A stretch of DNA of 64,000 nt from positions 24,862,001 through 24,926,000 of the forward strand of contig NC_043013.1 of assembly GCF_006345805.1 (NCBI RefSeq). The letters are read 5' to 3'. Below are positions 57,781 to 64,000 of this stretch, piece after piece. A program made the translations under genes and the position numbers. Origin of the DNA: Octopus sinensis. Taxonomy: Eukaryota. Each line of letters begins with the position of its first letter. Within the stretch, counting starts at the first letter, position 1. Below the pieces are notes generated by a model. That model saw nothing but the letters and a program-made list of their open reading frames with translations, ran no database searches and was not told the DNA's origin.

Positions 57781-60449
57781 TATGATGCTTGTGTATGAAT
57801 GGCTATACTCCATTGTAGAGAGACATGGGCTCTGAATGCAGAAGACATGCATTGACTAGAGAGAAATGAAGGGAGTATTCTCTGTTGGATGTGCAACATC
57901 AGTGTGCATATACAACAAAGTGCAAATGTGTTAAGAGAAAAAAGTTGGACATAAGAGAAATCAGAAGCAACATGCAAGAGAGAAGACTACGTTGGTTTGG
58001 ACAAGTGATGCATATGAAGAGATCTTTGTCTTGCAAGTTACATGGTGACCCTACTAGTGCTGGTGCCACATGAAAAAAGCACTCAGTCCACTCTACTGGG
58101 TGGTTGGTGTTAGGAAGGGTGTCCAGCCATAAGAGCCATGCCAAAACAGACAGTGAAGTTTGGTGCAGTCTTCTGGCTTACCAGCTCCTGTTAAACAGTC
58201 CAACCCATGTCAGCATAGAAAGCATATGTTAAATGATGATGATGATGGTGATTGATCATTCAAATATTGATGGCATGATTATATTTTGTTGGAGGAAATG
58301 GCACTTAATGAATTTTAATTTTAGTTAACATTTAATTAATAAACATACATATGTGTGTATTGTGTGTGTGTGTGTTTTGTGTTGTTGTGTATGTTGTGTG
58401 TGTGGTGTGTGTGTGTGTGTGTGTTGTGCATGTGTTGTGTTGTGTGTGTGTGTGTCCTCTCAGAAAGCTAATTAAACAAATCCTAGATTTTCAATTGAAT
58501 AATGTATCTCATCTCTTAAAATAAACATTGAATGACAACAACGGGGATGATGATGATGACGAAGAGGAGGAGGCGGATATTTTAAAAACAGATAAACAAT
58601 AGCTACTTCATGCCTCCGCTCTGTAACCAATTGATGTTCTAAACACTTCTTCAAAGCCAAAGCAATGTATATATATATATATATATATATACATGTGTGT
58701 GTGTGGCTGTGCTAGTCTGCTCATCTTGCCTTCATTTGACAGTTGTACGAGAGTGTGTCACCATCTGGTAAGTGGTATCCTTCCTTTCCCAATTTCTGTG
58801 AAAACTTGGGAACAAATAAGGGTTGGTGATGGGAAAGGCAGCAGGCCGTAGAAAAGTCTGCCCACTGCAAATCCTATCTGACCAATGCAAGCAAGGGAGA
58901 GCGGATGTTAAAACGAAGATGACAACAAGGATGATGGTGATGACAACAACGACAATGATGATGATGATAAGTCTGATGATGATGGTGACAATGATGACGA
59001 TGATGATGATAATGAGTTTTAGTGCACTTGAGCACTGTATATAATAAGTTCATTCTATTATTGAGGTATGCGCACACACACATGCACACACATCCACATA
59101 CACACACTCATACATGCATGCATACACATACACACACACTCTCACACATACACACACACACTCTCACACATGCGCACACACACACTCACACACACTCTCA
59201 CACACACACTCTCTCTCACACACACACACACACACTCTTACACATGCACACACACACACATCCACACAACTGGTCTAAATACTCCTCACTACTTCAGAAA
59301 GTAAAGTTACAGCCTTATCAGTCTTAATAACTCCTTACGTATTATGGATCATTATTTTTTTTATCTTGTTTAAAGGATATGTTGTTGTTTTTTGTTTTGT
59401 TTTTGCTTTTTTTACATCAGTTCAAACAGGAAAATGCATGTAATAAATGGCTGGACATCAAGGATGAAAAACTGTTGATGATGAATAAAGCACAGCATTA
59501 CTAAAGCTAATTAATGTACTGTCTAGTTCTCTATCAATTAATTAATGTATTGTCTCCTTGTCTATCACGTCCCACAACATCAACTAACTCATTGATTGGA
59601 TCAAAATAACAAACACCCTTTAACCAAAGAAACCAAATAGTCTTTTCCACTATTTTTCTCATGCTTCTTCAACCAAATAAATCAATTGAAGTTATTTGCT
59701 CTATTCAACGATATGATAATTTGATATTTTTTATTGATTTTTGTAATGTGATGTGTTGCTCCATTAAATATCCTGCTGTATCTATTCATTAATTATCCAT
59801 TAAACATCTCGCTTTATCCATCTTTCAATGACCCATTTAATATTTTGCGATAAGTACTGTATTTTCCAGCATACAAATTGATATGGTATACAGTACAAAC
59901 ATGTCATGTAAACATTGTCATTGTCTTTCCAAATACTGCTGTATTTCACATTTATATATCCTGCTACATATATGTGTATGTGTGTGGGTGTGTGCGTGTG
60001 TTAAATAAATGAGACGACAAAGCCAAGGCAGTGTGAAATTTCTATGACATTTATCAAGAGAAAGGTAGTCTTACATCTGTTTCAGGGATATAAAAGATAT
60101 ACCATCATCAGAGACGATATGAGCGAGTTTCAATAGAAGGAAACAGAGTTCAATATAAGTTTTTTGGAAATGTAGAGATGATGATGATATATATACGTAT
60201 ATATAGTTCAAATTTACAGAAAACAAAAGACAAAGACAGGTGTAGTAAGAACAAGCTAGTTTATTAGTTTAATGCTTGGGGAAAATGGAAAAGCATTTTA
60301 CATTTTGAGCCTATGCTCTTTGACAGAAAGGAGAAAAATGGAGAGAGAATGAAAAAAACAGGGAGGGAAAAATTGTGCAGAGTTCAATATATGTATGTAT
60401 ATTAAGAAAAAGGAAGTAGTCAGAATTTCATATAATTATTCTACTTGGA

Positions 60450-60810
60450 AGTGAGACATAGGCCCTGAATACAGAGGACATGTGAAGGAATGAGAGGAGC
60501 CAGGCTAGTATGTTCTGCTGGATGTGTAATGTAAGTGTACATGTTGGCCAGAGTGCTAGTGTATTGAGAGAGAAGTTATGCATAAGAGGAATTAGATGCA
60601 GTGTGCAAGAGAGAAGACTGGACTGGTTTCATCATATTATGTGAATAGATGCCAACAACTCCATAAAGAAGTGTCTCTCTCAAAGTGGATGGAACATGTG
60701 GAAGAGGGAGACCCAGGGAGGTATGGGACAAAGTACTGAAAGTCGATCTCAGGACACTGAACCTTTCAGACGAGATGATGAAGGACTGAGGTATCTGGTG
60801 CCTTGCTGTA
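60450..60810 (+). mobile_element. Old RTE 3' fragment
   Basis: ASMFCWMCNV...CSVQERRL...[22 protein letters not shown] with stops. Confidence 0.75.
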
Positions 60811-61418
60811 CTCAAGAAGACCCATCTTCCACATCAGATGTGTTAAGTCTGCTCCCCTGGGGAAGAGTTGTGTGCTGGTGCTACATAAGAAGCATTTGTG
60901 CTAGTGTGACGTTGGTGTGCTCATGCAGTGTGACATTAAAAGCACCCAGCACACAAAGTGGAAAGGCATTAGGAAAGGCCAAACCAGACTGGAACTTGTT
61001 GCAGCTCTCCAGTTTTCCAGTTCTAGTAAAACCACCCAATCCATGTCAGCACTGAAACTAGACATTAAAGGATAATGATGATGATGAGTTATTTAATATT
61101 TTTATCTCATTTCAGCAATTCAACAGGAATGATATTTTTATACAAACTTTATGCCTTTTATATACAGCCACTTGTAAAAAACTGGGGTTGAATTGGAAAG
61201 AGAATGTTCTTTGTTATTATGAATCTATATGTGTGTGTGTGTATGTATGTGGCGAAGTTTTGGAGGAATATATATATATTGAACACTACTGCCTTTAAAA
61301 AAAATTCGTTTTTGGTATCTTAAGGGTCTTAGAAAGTATATTAGCTTATGACAAGTTTCTATTTTGTTGTGAATTATACCAAACTGTATAAAAGAGCTGA
61401 TTTGTTTACACAGTTGAG

Positions 61419-61457
<39 letters not shown>

Positions 61458-62914
61458 CATACATACATACATACATACACACACACAATTCATGCCTATG
61501 CTTATTTCCCACTCCCCAATCCTGTCCTCTTGGTTCTGTCTCACTGTATCATTGGTATCCACTAGCACTGCTCCCCCCACTGACCTGTGTGTTCCACCCA
61601 CACCTAACAAGAAAACTTTTGCACACCCTACCCCAACAAACCAATCAACATCTCCTCCTCACATCTTTTCCTTTATGCACTATGCTTACCTTTCACTCCC
61701 CAATCCTGTCCTCACAGGGCCCTGTTCCTCTGTATTATTGCTATCCAATATCCTACCCCCCACCACTGCACTATATATACCCAGGTTTTCACCACTCACT
61801 TCCCACTTCCCCTCTCTCTAAACACGTTTCTTTGGCAATATTGTGGCACTTGCCACCATCTCTCTCTCTCTCTCTCTCCCCCCGCCCCCACTGACTGGGT
61901 AAGCTTGTTCCTCCTCTATAGCAAGACACCTATTTCTCTCTCACTATAACCTTTTCATCATCTGACATAAGACCACCTCCTCCAACAAAAGAATATTTTT
62001 TTTGTCTTACAAAGTACGTGGTGACCCTGTCAGTGCAGGTGCCACTTAAAAAGCATCCAGTCCACACTGTAAAGTAGTTGACATCTGGAAGAGCATCCAG
62101 CTGTGAAAACCTTGCCAAAACTGACCTCGCCTGTACTTGTACCATGTAAAAAACACTAGGTCCACTCTGCTGAGTGGTTGATGTTAGGAAGGGTATCCAG
62201 CTGTAAAAATCCTGCCAAAACACTCGCAGAAGTCTTGTACAGGCTTCTGCCTGGCCAACTCTTGTCAAACTGTCCCACCCATGCCAGCATGGAAAGTGGA
62301 CATTAAACGATGATGATGATGATATATAAACACATGCATATATGAACACACGTGAGTGTGTGTGTGCGCATGTGTGATTGTGTGTGTTTATACATACATA
62401 CAAACATATACACATACATACATGCATATATACATATGTGTTTGTTTATGCATGCAATCGCTATGGGTTTTGCTCATGTTTCCATAAGGTGATCATTTCT
62501 TACTATATATCAATGTATATTAGAGAAGACATGGTTCCGAGACTATGCTTCTCATGGCTATTCGGTTGGGGGGGGAGGCATAAGGTCACAGGTCACAGGG
62601 GGCATAAGGTCACAGGTCACAGCATAAGGTTAGTGAATTGGCTGCCACAAGGTATTAAAATTCATTCTTGGACTTCACTCACCAAGAGATTTTCCCTTTT
62701 CTCTATTTTTACCTAAATAGAAATCTCCAAACAATCTTTTGCCTTGTTTTCTTTAGTTATATTTCTTTATTTAAAATTTTATTTTTGATTCTGTGATGTT
62801 TTTATTTTGTGATTATTGTGCATAACTTGTATTTATTGTTTATAATCTATATATGAATGCAGTAAGACCAAATGTATGACAATAAACAATGAAAATGTGC
62901 AGATAACAACTTTT

Positions 62915-64000
62915 GCCACATTCCAAGGAGGAAAAACTAGTAGTTGATAGCTTCCATTACCTAGATGACCAAGTCAGTAGTGGGGGAGGGTGTGCTGAAA
63001 GTGTAGCTGCTAGAATAAGAATAGCCTGGACAAAGTTCAGAGAGCTCCTACCTCTTCTGGTGACAAAGGGCCTCTCACTCAGAGTAAAAGGCAGACTGTA
63101 TGACGCATGTGTACGAACAGCCATGCTACATGGGCTGTGATTGCTGAGGACATGCGTAAGCTTGCAAAGAACGAAGCCAGCATTCTCCGCTGGATGTGTA
63201 ATGTCAGTGTGCATACTTGACAGAGTGTAAGTACCTTGAGAGGAAAGTTGGACCTAAGAAGCATCAGATGTGGTGTGCAAGAGAGACAATTGCGCTGTTG
63301 TGGTCATGTGGTGAGAATGGATGTGGATAGCTGTGTGAAAAAGTGCCACACCCTAGCGGTTGAGGGAACCTGTGGAAGAGGTAGACTCAAGAAGTCCTGG
63401 GATGAGGTGATGAAGCATGACCTTTGAACATTAGGCCTCACCGAGGCAATGACTAGTGACCAAGACCTTTGGAAATATGAGAAGACCTAGCAAGACAAGT
63501 GAGACCATGACCTGTGGCCTTTACCAGGCATGTAGCCAGCCCACTTATGCGTACCTTTCCTTCTTTGGACATAAAACTCTGCTTGCAAAGACCTGTTGAG
63601 GCAAGTGAAATCGAATTTGAAATTGAACCAAATTCGATGATTGGCACCCATGCCAACCTTCCTTCATTTGACACTAAACTCTGCTTGCGAAGACATGTTG
63701 GGTCAAGTGAAATCGAAATTGAACCAAATTCGATGACTGGCACCTGTGCCATTGGAGCGCTAACAGCTCCATCCGAGTGGGATCACTGCCAGAGCAGCTG
63801 TCTGGCTTCCATGCCGGTAGCACATAAAAAGCACCATATGAGCGTGATCATTACCAGAATGGACTTACTGGCACCTGTGACGGTGGCACGTGAACAAAAC
63901 ATTCAAGCGAAGTCGTTGCTAGTGCCGCTGGACTGGCCCTCGTGCCAGTGCATGTAAAAGCACCCACTACAATCTCAGAGTGGTTGGCATTAGGAAGGGC
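62915..64000 (+). mobile_element. 5'-truncated copy of the RTE family at 19.5 kb, with 3' UTR (runs off the window end)
   Basis: [65 protein letters not shown] is nearly identical to the 19.5-kb ORF but frameshifted. The 3' UTR has an approximately 105-bp tandem duplication. Confidence 0.9.

Noticed and set aside
58823-59327. Met-rich, His-rich and HT-repeat ORFs
   Set aside because: Translations of (GAT)n and (CA)n microsatellites.

Overview
AT-rich, repeat-dense animal genomic DNA, most likely from an octopus or related cephalopod (inferred from its SINE/LINE families and microsatellite load; no database search was possible). One host gene runs through the window on the + strand: a TRPM2-like cation channel. 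I traced 17 GT-AG exons with consistent phases (1735-57313; 2066 nt, about 688 codons). They encode the MHR1-4 region and the pre-S1 helix. The start codon and the S1-S6 pore region lie outside what I could trace. The introns hold a young RTE LINE whose reverse transcriptase carries an inserted PHD-type zinc finger. They also hold mariner, piggyBac, L1/Tx1, Penelope-like and Helitron-like remnants, several SINE and MITE families, hammerhead-ribozyme-like motifs, a tRNA-Leu pseudogene and a 6.35-kb hierarchical satellite. The best leads are the PHD-containing RT, the satellite, and candidate alternative splicing or an internal promoter in the TRPM2-like gene, including a 60-nt exon that would interrupt the ADP-ribose-binding site. 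There is no CRISPR array or rRNA gene.
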